DNA of 64,000 nt from Candidatus Undinarchaeota archaeon (GTDB taxonomy: Archaea > SpSt-1190 > DYHY01 > CAZGQF01), in contig CAZGQF010000003.1 in assembly GCA_964527545.1 (NCBI GenBank), forward strand, positions 1,461 through 65,460, in the 5' to 3' direction. The notes beneath the pieces were generated by a model that was given only the letters and a program-made list of their open reading frames with translations, was not told the DNA's origin and searched no databases. Every line of letters starts with the position of its first letter. Within the stretch, counting starts at the first letter, position 1. Below are positions 1 through 8,275 of this stretch, one piece after another. The position numbers and the translations under genes were made by a program.

Positions 1-208
1 TCTCGCCGAGCTTCTCGATTTTCTTCACCTTCGCAGAGTCGATGCCCACGTTGTAGCCTGATGAGAGCTTGAGGACAATGCAGTCGGGGTCGCCAGCGGT
101 GACGCGGGGAAGGAGAAATCCCTCGAACTCGCTCGTTTCGGTGACGACATTGATGAGGTCCCCGACCTCTGCCCCCTCCAGCTTGCGCTTGGCAGACGGG
201 GAATACAT
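1..208 (-). CDS. gatD: Glu-tRNA(Gln) amidotransferase subunit D, N-terminal fragment (gene runs off the window start)
   Basis: Manual reverse translation from the ATG at 208 gives MYSPSAKRKLEGAEVGDLINVVTETSEFEGFLLPRVTAGDPDCIVLKLSSGYNVGIDSAKVKKIEKLGE. This fits the characteristic GatD N-terminal domain pattern (...GD.V.V......YEG.LMPR...GD...VLKL.NGYN.GI). It is absent from the ORF track because it is truncated by the window edge. Confidence 0.6.
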   Translation of the reverse strand, partial: MYSPSAKRKLEGAEVGDLINVVTETSEFEGFLLPRVTAGDPDCIVLKLSSGYNVGIDSAKVKKIEKLGE

Positions 209-228
209 GGCCTTCGCCAGCAGCCGGC

Positions 229-528
229 CTATATTTGGTTTGTGCTGTCCTTCTCCCCTGCCAGCTCGTAGTAGACCTTCGCTATGAGCGGACGGTCCTC
301 CCTGAAGAGATCGCCCTTCTCCATGAACTCTTCCGCGTCGAAGCCGGACTCCCTCCTCTTCTCCAGGACCCCCTCGTATTTTTCACGGCAGCCCGCCTCC
401 AGGTAGCAATAGGCCGCATACTCGAGGGGGGCGATCGACCTGCCGCAGACGACGACGTGGACGAGAGGGCAGTCGCAGGAGAGAAAACGGTCGCCTTTTC
501 TCTCCCAGTTCACAAGCCGTCTTTTCAT
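229..528 (-). CDS. hypothetical Cys-containing 99-aa protein upstream of gatD
   Basis: ORF with the E/K/R-rich composition typical of the other genes here. It is co-directional with gatD and ends 20 nt before it. The overlapping plus-strand ORF (235..558) looks like a shadow. No family recognised. Confidence 0.45.
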   Translation of the reverse strand: MKRRLVNWERKGDRFLSCDCPLVHVVVCGRSIAPLEYAAYCYLEAGCREKYEGVLEKRRESGFDAEEFMEKGDLFREDRPLIAKVYYELAGEKDSTNQI

Positions 529-881
529 ATCAACTTTAAAGTGAATAAGGACTTATAACCCTTTCCCAAACCCCGTTTTTCATCAGTTTGAGGTCAATGA
601 GCTCAATGAGGTCATTGAACATATGTAATTGAAAATATGTTTCCTAATAGTGATGAGGATAAATATCCCTCGGGGGATGTAATAATATCCGTAAATGGTG
701 CTTCCAGCATTGGTGGTGCTTTGCTGGTGTGGTTTACGGTGATGGGCTCGCTTGGTGAGCGATCCCAATCGGTGCTTGTTTTTGGTTTGGTGTAGGGTAG
801 TAGTAGGTCTACCAATATTTAGCGATATTGGTGGCCCGTATCATATTGCCCGCAAAAAAGGACTAGAGGGTGAAACAAAAG

Positions 882-1952
882 ATGGACTTCCTCATACAGG
901 ATGCGAAAGAGAACCAAAGGCCAGAAGAGAAGAACCTTCAGGCTGGGCTGGCAAGAATAGTCGTGGCAGGGTGCGGTGGCGCTGGATGCAACTCCGCCGA
1001 CACCTTGTACCGCAAGGGCGTCAAGGGCGCCAACGTGGTTTCGTTCAACACCGACAAGCTCCACCTGGACGCTAGAGAGTCGGACGTAAAGGTCCTCATC
1101 GGCAAGGAGCTGACCAAGGGGCTGGGAGCGGGCGGCTACCCAGAGGTGGGAAGGGCTGCGGCAGAGGAGAGCAAGTCAAAGATCAAGGAGATACTAAGGG
1201 GAGCTGACCTCGTCTTCGTTACTGCGGGGATGGGCGGCGGAACAGGGACGGGCGCCGCTCCAGTGGTCTCCGAGATCGCGAAAGAGACGGGTGCAATAGT
1301 GATCGGCGTGGTGACCATGCCCTTCAAGATGGAGAAGGCCCGCCTCTACAAGGCGGAGACCGGCCTCTACGAGCTGAGGCAGGTGGCCGACACCGTGATC
1401 GTCATAGACAACAACAGGCTGGTCGAAGTGGCGGGCAAGCTGCCAATAGGGCAGGCCTTCGCCGTGGCCGACGAGCTGATTGCGACCATGATAAAGGGCA
1501 TAGTGGAGACCATCAGCACACCGAGCCTAGTGAACCTCGACTACGCCGACGTCAAGGCGACCATGACCAACGGCGGCGTGGCAGTCATCGGAATAGGGGA
1601 GTCCTCCAGCGAGAAGAGGGCGCAGGAGGCTGTCAGGAAGGCGCTTTCAAACCCCCTGCTCGACGTCGAGTACAACGGGGCGAGCGGCGCGCTGATCCAC
1701 GTGACCGGCGGCTCTGACATGACACTCGAGGAAGCGAACGAGACCGGCGACCTGGTGAGCAAGAACCTCTCCACGGACGCGCAGGTCATCTGGGGCGCAC
1801 GAGTTGACCCGACACTGGACGGGACCATCAGGGTGATGACAATAATCACCGGGGTCCAGTCCCCACACATCCTAGGCCCTGTGAACGTCAGGGAGCCGAG
1901 CCTCCAGGCGAAGGAGACTGCGAGCAACCTAGGCATCAAGGTCCTTGCGTGA
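882..1952 (+). CDS. ftsZ: cell division GTPase FtsZ
   Basis: Tubulin/FtsZ signature [18 protein letters not shown], an N-terminal GCGGAGCN motif, and the VIVIDNNRL region. ATG at 882 is preferred over the GTG at 870 because a GAGGG Shine-Dalgarno-like motif lies about 10 nt upstream. Confidence 0.95.
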   Translation: MDFLIQDAKENQRPEEKNLQAGLARIVVAGCGGAGCNSADTLYRKGVKGANVVSFNTDKLHLDARESDVKVLIGKELTKGLGAGGYPEVGRAAAEESKSKIKEILRGADLVFVTAGMGGGTGTGAAPVVSEIAKETGAIVIGVVTMPFKMEKARLYKAETGLYELRQVADTVIVIDNNRLVEVAGKLPIGQAFAVADELIATMIKGIVETISTPSLVNLDYADVKATMTNGGVAVIGIGESSSEKRAQEAVRKALSNPLLDVEYNGASGALIHVTGGSDMTLEEANETGDLVSKNLSTDAQVIWGARVDPTLDGTIRVMTIITGVQSPHILGPVNVREPSLQAKETASNLGIKVLA

Positions 1953-2060
1953 GCTTTGCTCACGCAGGACGAAAGGCAGGGAGTTCTAGATACCACCCCC
2001 GACCCGAGACCCTCTAGGCCACCCCCTGCCTTTCTCTTTTCTCTCTTTTCTCCAGACCGA
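1941..2060 (+). terminator. two consecutive hairpins plus a pyrimidine/T-rich tract downstream of ftsZ
   Basis: Hairpin 1 is gtccttgcgtgag-ctttg-ctcacgcaggac (1941-1970) and spans the ftsZ stop codon. Hairpin 2 is a perfect 11-bp stem, gaaaggcaggg (1971-1981) with ccctgcctttc (2024-2034). It is followed by tcttttctctcttttctcc. Confidence 0.35.
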
Positions 2061-2094
2061 CATCTTTTTATAACTTTACAGTGATTATTTGAAG

Positions 2095-3003
2095 ATGAAG
2101 AAAGGGGTGAAGAAGGCAAGAAAGGCGCTCGCCAAGGCGCTCTATTTCGAGAGGACTGGGAACTTCGAGGCCTCGAACGTCTGGAAGAGGAAGGCGGAGA
2201 AGCACTTCTGGGGCCTCCCCCGAAAAGAGGTCCGCGAGACAAGAAACGATCCTTGCGTAGCGGAGGAGGCCCTCCGCATGGCGAAGAGAAAGCTGAAAGC
2301 CGAACTCGTCCGGATGAAGAAGGAGGCAGCGTCAGGAAACTGCAGGTACGTCAACAAGAACTCCCTGAAAGCCTTCTCGCTCGCGCGCGGCATGAACTCC
2401 CTCATCGACGACGTGGGCTGCCGCGGAGAGAAGCCGAAGATGAACTTCCCTGCATTCTACTCTGCCGCGGGAGAGCTCTGCGTCGACTACTGGGAAAGGA
2501 TGATGAGGTTTTCCGCGGAGATGGGTGCCGTCCTCGGCATGGAGAAAGAGCTCGAGAGGTGGAAAAAGGCGAGACGAGCGTTTGGAGCAGGTCCGGGAGA
2601 GCCGGAGAAGCTCAAGCGCGAGATACTCAATGAAGCCGTCCCGAAGCTCTTGGAGAAAGTGAAAAACTGCTACAGGGAGCTGGAGAAGTTCGAGGCGGAC
2701 AAAAAAGAGTGGGACGAGATAGTGGTTGAGGACGATTATGCAGTCAATCTAAAGATAGATGAGTGGACTGTGGAGGCCTACAAGGAGGTCTGCTTCAAGG
2801 CGATAAGGAGAATCACCGGCCTGAAAAAGGCAGCAGACGAAGGGATGGAGTTCGAGCTGCCTGAAGAGGTGGAGAAGGGGATCTACGCCCACACGGCCAG
2901 GTGGCTGGAGAGGGGGATCGAACTCGCCAGGGAGAGGGGCGAGAAGCCTGACGGTTGGGACGAGAAAAACCTGGAGAAGTACACCAGGCTTGGCGGCCTT
3001 TAG
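2095..3003 (+). CDS. hypothetical charged (K/E/R-rich) protein
   Basis: Long ORF with ATG at 2095. A TATA-like tttttataa at 2065-2073 lies about 25 nt upstream, consistent with a leaderless start. No family recognised. Confidence 0.6.
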   Translation: MKKGVKKARKALAKALYFERTGNFEASNVWKRKAEKHFWGLPRKEVRETRNDPCVAEEALRMAKRKLKAELVRMKKEAASGNCRYVNKNSLKAFSLARGMNSLIDDVGCRGEKPKMNFPAFYSAAGELCVDYWERMMRFSAEMGAVLGMEKELERWKKARRAFGAGPGEPEKLKREILNEAVPKLLEKVKNCYRELEKFEADKKEWDEIVVEDDYAVNLKIDEWTVEAYKEVCFKAIRRITGLKKAADEGMEFELPEEVEKGIYAHTARWLERGIELARERGEKPDGWDEKNLEKYTRLGGL

Positions 3004-3046
3004 GGGAAACCGTTTTAAAGCAAACTCCAGGGGCCCGCTTCCCAAG

Positions 3047-3220
3047 ATGGTAGAGAGCGCAGAGTACGTAGGGCTGGGCAGGAGCAGCTATGGAGTGGTG
3101 GGAATACCCGTCGACGAGAGAAAGATAATGGAGTATGCCGAAGTCCCAACGCAGGGCTCGTCGCACGAAGAGATAGTGGAGAGAATAATCACCGCCTACG
3201 TCAACCTCTACCGCGGTTGA
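3047..3220 (+). CDS. hypothetical small protein (57 aa)
   Basis: MVESAEYVGLGRSSYGVVGIPVDERKIMEYAEVPTQGSSHEEIVERIITAYVNLYRG. A TATA-like ttttaaag at 3013-3020 lies about 27 nt upstream of the ATG at 3047. No family recognised. Confidence 0.3.
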   Translation: MVESAEYVGLGRSSYGVVGIPVDERKIMEYAEVPTQGSSHEEIVERIITAYVNLYRG

Positions 3221-3258
3221 GTCATTACCCTTTTTTACTTCCTCTGCCCAACCCGGCC

Positions 3259-4518
3259 ATGCACGTGGAGGATGTCTTTGAGAGAGTCGGGGAGGAGGTC
3301 TCCCTCCGCGGGTGGGTCTACAGGATCCGCTCCACGAAGACCAAGGTCTTTCTCGTTTTGCGCGACAGGACAGGGATACTCCAGTGCGTCGTGGACGCCG
3401 ACAGCGAAGAGTTCGAGAAGGCGGAAGAGCTGACCATGGAGTCGAGCGTTGCAGTGAGAGGCAGAGTCGAGGCTGATGAGAGGGCGCCCGGCGGGGCGGA
3501 GATGAGAGTGAAAAGCCTTGAAGTCTTCCAGAACGCCCAGAGGTTCCCAATCACGGAAGACCAGTCCACCGAATTCCTGCTCGACGTGCGCCACCTCTGG
3601 GTGCGCTCCCGCGAGCTGACACACGTCTTCAAGATCAAGTCGGAGATGCTGAAACTGGGCAGGGAGTGGTTCGTGGAGAACAACTTCCTCGAGGTGACGC
3701 CCCCCATACTGACAGGCTCCAGCTGCGAAGGGGGGGCGGAGGCGTTCTCACTCGACTACTTCGGGGAGAAGGCCTACCTCTCCCAGTCCGCCCAGCTCTA
3801 CCTGGAGGCGCTGATCTTCTCCCTTGAGAAGGTCTGGTCCTTGACGCCGAGCTTCAGGGCAGAGAAGAGCAGGACGAGGAGGCACCTCACAGAGTACTGG
3901 CACCTGGAGGCTGAGGCTGCCCACTGCGACCTGGAGGGGATTCTCAAAGTCCAAGAAGAGCTGCTCGCCCACATGGTCAACGGAGTCGCGGACGTCTGCG
4001 AGAAAGAGCTGTTGAAGCTGGAGAGGAATCCAAACAAGATCAGAGTGGAGCTCCCGATCAAGAGAATAGAGTACGACGAGGCTCTCGAGATTCTAGCAGA
4101 GAGAGGTGAGGAGGTGGAGTGGGGAGAGGACATAGGGAGCAGGGAGGAGGAGGTTTTGATGGAGGGCTTCGACCAGCCCATCTTCGTGGTCCGCTACCCT
4201 GCGAAGGCGAAGGCGTTCTACATGAAGAGAGATGGCGACAGGGCAGAGTGCGCCGACCTCCTCGCTCCGGAGGGGTATGGGGAGGTTGTGGGTGGCAGCG
4301 AGAGGGAGAGCGACATCGAAAAGCTCCTCGCCGCCATGAAAGAGAGGGGCCTGAAAGAGAAAAACTACGGCTGGTACATCGACCTGCGGAGGTACGGCTC
4401 AGTCCCCCACAGCGGCTTTGGCCTCGGGGTTGAGAGGCTGGTCAGGTGGGTCTGTGGCCTCGAACACATCAGGGACGCCACACCCTTCCCGCGCCTCATC
4501 AACAGGGTGACGCCTTGA
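3259..4518 (+). CDS. asnS: asparaginyl-tRNA synthetase (class IIb; AsnRS-type motif 2)
   Basis: OB-fold N-terminus (VSLRGWVYRIRSTKTKVFLVLRDRTGILQCVV). Motif 2 FRAEKSRTRRHLTEYWHLEAE is AsnRS-like rather than AspRS-like. Motif 3 is GFGLGVERLVRWVCGLEHIRDATPFPR. The start is placed at the ATG at 3259 (MHVEDVF...). The ORF track start at 3217 is a TTG. Confidence 0.8.
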   Translation: MHVEDVFERVGEEVSLRGWVYRIRSTKTKVFLVLRDRTGILQCVVDADSEEFEKAEELTMESSVAVRGRVEADERAPGGAEMRVKSLEVFQNAQRFPITEDQSTEFLLDVRHLWVRSRELTHVFKIKSEMLKLGREWFVENNFLEVTPPILTGSSCEGGAEAFSLDYFGEKAYLSQSAQLYLEALIFSLEKVWSLTPSFRAEKSRTRRHLTEYWHLEAEAAHCDLEGILKVQEELLAHMVNGVADVCEKELLKLERNPNKIRVELPIKRIEYDEALEILAERGEEVEWGEDIGSREEEVLMEGFDQPIFVVRYPAKAKAFYMKRDGDRAECADLLAPEGYGEVVGGSERESDIEKLLAAMKERGLKEKNYGWYIDLRRYGSVPHSGFGLGVERLVRWVCGLEHIRDATPFPRLINRVTP

Positions 4519-5132
4519 AGGCGCTGATCTTCGACTTCGACGGCGTGATCGTGGAGACGCGGGAGACAGTGGTGGAGGCCTTCCAGGAGGCCTTTCAAGA
4601 GGTCCTCGGCGAGGAGGTGGAGGAAAAAAAGATAGATGGGGTACTCTCGAAGGGCCTGTCGCAGGTGGCGGTCAACCTCGGCGTGAGCGGGGAGGAGGCG
4701 GCGATGATAGCTGAAATGGCCTGGGAGAAAAGCAACCGGAAGACGACAGAGAGGCACATCGTCCCAGGGGTGAGAGAGTTCCTTGAGAAGGCGAGAGAGA
4801 GGCATAAGACAGCACTTGTCAGCATGAACAAGCGGCCCCATCTCGAGAAACTGCTGGACGAGTTCGGCCTCGACTTCGAGGTCGTGGTCACCATAGACGA
4901 CGTGGTGGAGAGGAGGCCGCACCCAGAAGGGCTCGAGAGGGCGATGGAAGAGCTTGGCGTGGGGGCGGAAGAGACGACAGTCTTCGGGGACACTCCCAAC
5001 GACATGCTGGCAGCGAAGAGGGCCGGCTGCAGGCCGGTCGGCGTCCTCACAGGCCTCGGCGACGAGGAGAGCCTGAAGAAGGCGGGAGCAGAGATTGTGC
5101 TGAGAAGCGTCAATGACTTCCCGCTCGACTGA
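4515..5132 (+). CDS. HAD-superfamily hydrolase (phosphatase-like)
   Basis: HAD motif I is LIFDFDGVIVET. The C-terminal motif is VFGDTPNDMLAAKRAG. The probable TTG start at 4515 overlaps the asnS stop (TTGA). The ORF-track N-terminus (4446) overlaps asnS. Confidence 0.75.
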   Translation: MKALIFDFDGVIVETRETVVEAFQEAFQEVLGEEVEEKKIDGVLSKGLSQVAVNLGVSGEEAAMIAEMAWEKSNRKTTERHIVPGVREFLEKARERHKTALVSMNKRPHLEKLLDEFGLDFEVVVTIDDVVERRPHPEGLERAMEELGVGAEETTVFGDTPNDMLAAKRAGCRPVGVLTGLGDEESLKKAGAEIVLRSVNDFPLD

Positions 5133-5171
5133 CCGAAGAGCTTTTTATATGAACGGCGCCTACTTTTTCCG

Positions 5172-5900
5172 ATGGCGAGGACAGAGCCGCCCCTGTGTGC
5201 GAAATGCGGCAAGAGAATAGAGGACGAGTACCTCGAGTGCCCAATCACCAAGGAGTGCTTCCATCTCGACTGCGCCCTCGACCACGTCAAGGGGTGCGAC
5301 TCTTTCCACCGAAAGAAGGAGGTCAGGATCTACCACTGGAGGGAGGAGGGTGAGGATGAAGATGAGGGGAAGCCTATCCTGACCAGGAAGGTTGAGAGGC
5401 ACGTGGAGAAGAACGCACGGCCACTAATCAAGGCGATCAAGAGCGGGAAGTTCATGGAGAGGGAGCTCCGCCAGCTCCTCGACTTCGAGAAGGAGAACAA
5501 GGAGAGGAAGACTGTCGTCACCGCCATCCAGAGGCTCCTCTCTCAGCTCTCCAGCACGGAAGTGAGCGACTACTTCAGGATGAACGCCCGGCCAATAATC
5601 AAGGCGGTGAAGAACGGCAAGTTCACGGAAGAGGGCCTCAAGCTGCTCCTCGACTTCGAGAAGGAGAACAAGAAGAGGAGCACAGTGATAGATGCGATAG
5701 AGAGCAAGCTGAAGGAGCTCTCAGGCACCAAGGCGCCCGAATACTTCAACCTGAACGCCAGGCCAATAAAGAAGGCAGTGAGGGGCGGAGAGATGAAAAG
5801 GAGGGGGCTGAAGCTCCTGCTCGAGTTCGAGAAGGAGAACAAGAACAGGAAGACAGTTATCAAGGCGATAAAGTCCAAGCTCGAGTCCTGGAAGCGATAG
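5172..5900 (+). CDS. zinc-finger protein with three tandem ~57-aa repeats
   Basis: The N-terminal Cys/His cluster is CAKCGKRIEDEYLECPITKECFHLDCALDHVKGC. It is followed by three copies of NARP(L/I)IKA(I/V)K.GKF.E..L..LLDFEKENK.R.TV..AI...L. Confidence 0.65.
   Translation: MARTEPPLCAKCGKRIEDEYLECPITKECFHLDCALDHVKGCDSFHRKKEVRIYHWREEGEDEDEGKPILTRKVERHVEKNARPLIKAIKSGKFMERELRQLLDFEKENKERKTVVTAIQRLLSQLSSTEVSDYFRMNARPIIKAVKNGKFTEEGLKLLLDFEKENKKRSTVIDAIESKLKELSGTKAPEYFNLNARPIKKAVRGGEMKRRGLKLLLEFEKENKNRKTVIKAIKSKLESWKR
5398..5890 (+). repeat. in-frame coding tandem repeat, 3 units of about 171-174 nt
   Basis: Units begin near 5407 (aacgcacggcc), 5581 (aacgcccggcc) and 5752 (aacgccaggcc). All three share ctcgacttcgagaaggagaacaag. 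Confidence 0.75.
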
Positions 5901-5902
5901 AG

Positions 5903-6256
5903 TCAGTCTCCTTTCTCAAGGGAGTGGCCTGCCGCCTTCCAGCCCATTATGCCGCCCTCGTACTCCAAGACGTCCTCGTACCCCATCTCAACCAGTCTCT
6001 CGGCCGCCCTGGTCGAAGCCTTGCAGCTCGGGCTGGAGCAGTGGACCACTATCTTCTTCTCCTTGCCGGGCAGTCTCTCTTTCGCCCTCTCCTCGAAGCC
6101 CTTCCCGATGGGGACGCTGATGCTCCCGGGGATGTGCTCCCGCTGGAAGGCCTCCTCTGACAGTGCGTTCACCAAGACGAACTCCTTGCCGCTCTCCATC
6201 AGCTTTTTCAGCTCCTCTGTCTCTATGGTCTCCATCACGGAATCTTGTGATGACAT
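5903..6256 (-). CDS. rhodanese-domain sulfurtransferase
   Basis: Single rhodanese fold with EHIPGSISVP and the active-site loop VHCSSPSCKAS. The C-terminus is GGIMGWKAAGHSLE. Confidence 0.8.
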   Translation of the reverse strand: MSSQDSVMETIETEELKKLMESGKEFVLVNALSEEAFQREHIPGSISVPIGKGFEERAKERLPGKEKKIVVHCSSPSCKASTRAAERLVEMGYEDVLEYEGGIMGWKAAGHSLEKGD

Positions 6257-6329
6257 GCTTATAGTCCTTCCCCCCGACGGCCTCGCACCTCAAACATCCA
6301 AAGAAGTCACCTAAATGCGTATTCCAGAA

Positions 6330-7382
6330 CTAATCTTCAACAATGTCGGAGAGTTCTTCTTTTAGCCTGGAAAGCTCTTTGACGGCCCCGCTCACCACGT
6401 CCCTGCCGCCGCAGCCGCCGCCCAGCTTCTCGACAAGCTCCCTTGCCGCCTTTCTCCCCTCCCCCCTCGCAATCAGGAAGCCGTCGAGCGAGGAGACGAG
6501 CAAGAGGTCTTCGTCGTCTGATGAGTTGAAGAGCCGCGTCAGCTCCTCCTTGGGGAGGGGGAGGGCCGCACAGTTTTCCTCCAAATCAAAAGAGTCTGAG
6601 AGCTCCCTCGCCGTTTTCGCCAGCCTCTCCTCCATCTCGGACCTCTCCTTGAGGAGGTTCCTGACTGTCGCCTCCAGCTTGTCGGGCTCAGTCCCCAAGG
6701 CAACGCTCGCCTCGAGAGCGCTGTTCGCGATATTGCGCGACAGCTCGAGCGCGGAAGGGCCGGCCGCGAACTCGACTGTCGTCTTCGAACCGCTCCTGTT
6801 GACCCAGAGCACCTTGAAGAAGACGATTTCCGACGTGTTCTCCACGTGGGTGCCTGCGCAGGCCGCCGCGTCGAAGTCGCCGATCCTGACGACACTCACC
6901 CTCTCAGGGACCCTCTCCTTCTTTATCCTGACGTCGTCCGGAACTTTTTTCTTCTCCATCTCCTCAACCACGACAGGAAGCCCCTCCGCTATCTTTTTGT
7001 TCACTCTCTCCTCCGCCGCTGTTATCTCGTCCCAACCGACATCGCCATCGATCACGACCTTTCCCGTCTCCTCACCGAGGTCTATCTTCTCCAGCTCGAC
7101 GTCGCTCTTCTTCAGGAGGGAGCCCATGAAGAGGTGCTCCGCTGAGTGGAGGAGGCACATCCTCTCCCTGAAGAGGTCGTCGACTTCGCACTCGACCTCT
7201 CCGTAGGCGGGGGCGTCGGTGTAGTGGGCAGTGCCGACAACGTCCTTCACATTGGCCTCTCCGATGGTGCCGCGGTCTGCCAGCTGGCCGCCGCCGCGCG
7301 GGTGGAAGTGGGTCTCTGCGAGCTCGACGACGTAGCCGCCGTCGCTCGGCGAGCAGGAGAGGACTGTGGTCGTCCAGCGCAT
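6330..7382 (-). CDS. alaX: alanyl-tRNA editing protein (AlaX-type)
   Basis: Contains HPRGGGQLADRGTI, zinc motifs HSAEHLFMGS (HxxxH) and CAGTHV (CxxxH), and a C-terminal GGGCGGR DHHA1-like tail. Confidence 0.8.
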   Translation of the reverse strand: MRWTTTVLSCSPSDGGYVVELAETHFHPRGGGQLADRGTIGEANVKDVVGTAHYTDAPAYGEVECEVDDLFRERMCLLHSAEHLFMGSLLKKSDVELEKIDLGEETGKVVIDGDVGWDEITAAEERVNKKIAEGLPVVVEEMEKKKVPDDVRIKKERVPERVSVVRIGDFDAAACAGTHVENTSEIVFFKVLWVNRSGSKTTVEFAAGPSALELSRNIANSALEASVALGTEPDKLEATVRNLLKERSEMEERLAKTARELSDSFDLEENCAALPLPKEELTRLFNSSDDEDLLLVSSLDGFLIARGEGRKAARELVEKLGGGCGGRDVVSGAVKELSRLKEELSDIVED

Positions 7383-7460
7383 TCAGGAATCTCGTAGAGC
7401 CGGATTATAAACAGTTGCGATAGGGCACACCTATTTATCTCCAAACGTGGGGAGCGGCTC

Positions 7461-7928
7461 ATGGAGGTCGAAGTGAGGTTGGGGAGGCCGGACGACTTCA
7501 AGGAGGTGAGAGCTCTCTTCCTAAAGCTCTGCAGGCTGGAGAGCGACGAGTTCGACCCTACAATCGACCCCGAATTTCCCCTGACTGAAGAAGGCACGTC
7601 GTTCTTGGAGAAGCGGCTCTCAGAGGGCGCCTGCTTTGTTGCTCTGGTCGAGGGAGAGACTGTCGGCTATCTCGCAGGCATCCTGGAAAAGCCCAAGGCG
7701 TACAGGAAATGTGGAAAAATTGGCCTTCTTGAGAGTCTCTTCGTGGTCGATGAGATGAGGGAGAGGGGGGTAGGGAATGGCCTTTTCAAGAGTTTCAAGG
7801 AGTGGTGCGCCTCCCAGGGCGCAGGACGCATAAAGGTCGAGGCCTCCTTCTCGAATCCAAGGGCAATCGAGTTCTACAGGGAGCTCGGCTTCTCCGACTA
7901 CGTCCTATCTCTTGAGATGGAGCTATAG
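7461..7928 (+). CDS. GNAT-family N-acetyltransferase
   Basis: Acetyl-CoA binding motif VDEMRERGVGNGLFKSFKEWC and the ...AIEFYRELGF tail. Confidence 0.8.
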   Translation: MEVEVRLGRPDDFKEVRALFLKLCRLESDEFDPTIDPEFPLTEEGTSFLEKRLSEGACFVALVEGETVGYLAGILEKPKAYRKCGKIGLLESLFVVDEMRERGVGNGLFKSFKEWCASQGAGRIKVEASFSNPRAIEFYRELGFSDYVLSLEMEL

Positions 7929-7929
7929 G

Positions 7930-8106
7930 CTACTCGGGAGAAGAGAGCTGCCTCACCGCCTCCGCGGCCTTCAGGCCGTTGTCGGTGACATAGACAGGCT
8001 TCGCCTTCTGTGAACGGCCGCATCTGGGGCACTTCGCCCTCCCCCTGGCCGTGGTCACGAAGAAGTTCCTGCACTTGAGGCATCTCACGACTTTGTGGAG
8101 CATCAT
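7930..8106 (-). CDS. small zinc-ribbon protein (CxxC...CxxC)
   Basis: MMLHKVVRCLKCRNFFVTTARGRAKCPRCGRSQKAKPVYV... The N-terminal extension given in the ORF track (to 8226) has an implausible W/S/C-rich composition. Confidence 0.5.
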   Translation of the reverse strand: MMLHKVVRCLKCRNFFVTTARGRAKCPRCGRSQKAKPVYVTDNGLKAAEAVRQLSSPE

Positions 8107-8134
8107 AGAGGGATGGCGGAGGTCACTTAAAGCG

Positions 8135-8236
8135 CTAACTGGGGCCGTCCCACTCCATTGTGTCGTAGGAGAGGCGGAAGACCAAGTAGACCCAATAGAT
8201 GCCCAGCAGCACAGCAGCAATCTCAAGCATGGACAT
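8135..8236 (-). CDS. possible 33-aa single-TM micropeptide
   Basis: Manual translation gives MSMLEIAAVLLGIYWVYLVFRLSYDTMEWDGPS. A GGTGA SD-like motif lies about 6 nt upstream. It is too short for the ORF track, so this call is speculative. Confidence 0.2.
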   Translation of the reverse strand: MSMLEIAAVLLGIYWVYLVFRLSYDTMEWDGPS

Positions 8237-8275
8237 TTTTATCACCAATGGGTTGTTAATAGACCTTTCTGGAAT

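Noticed and set aside
583-815. Two 61-67-aa minus-strand ORFs in the ftsZ upstream spacer.
   Set aside because: They have odd composition and overlap each other in different frames. No SD or TATA is in a suitable position. The region is treated as non-coding.
1541-2242. Long antisense or alternative-frame ORFs throughout the window. Examples are 1541..2242(-), 2813..3550(-), 4595..5290(-), 6343..7206(+), 9158..10114(+), 18115..19047(-), 31014..31715(-), 43011..44150(+), 48699..50084(-), 51728..52531(-) and 61343..62641(-).
   Set aside because: They overlap genes with unambiguous family signatures (FtsZ, AsnRS, AlaX, KorA, AtpI/A and others). Their compositions are Arg/Pro/Ser/Leu-rich and low in complexity. 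Such open frames are expected as shadow ORFs in GC-rich DNA.
5398-5890. Regular ~172-nt repeats as a possible CRISPR or satellite array.
   Set aside because: The repeats are in frame inside a continuous ORF and diverge mainly at synonymous or conservative positions. They are therefore protein repeats, and no CRISPR-like repeat-spacer structure exists anywhere in the window.
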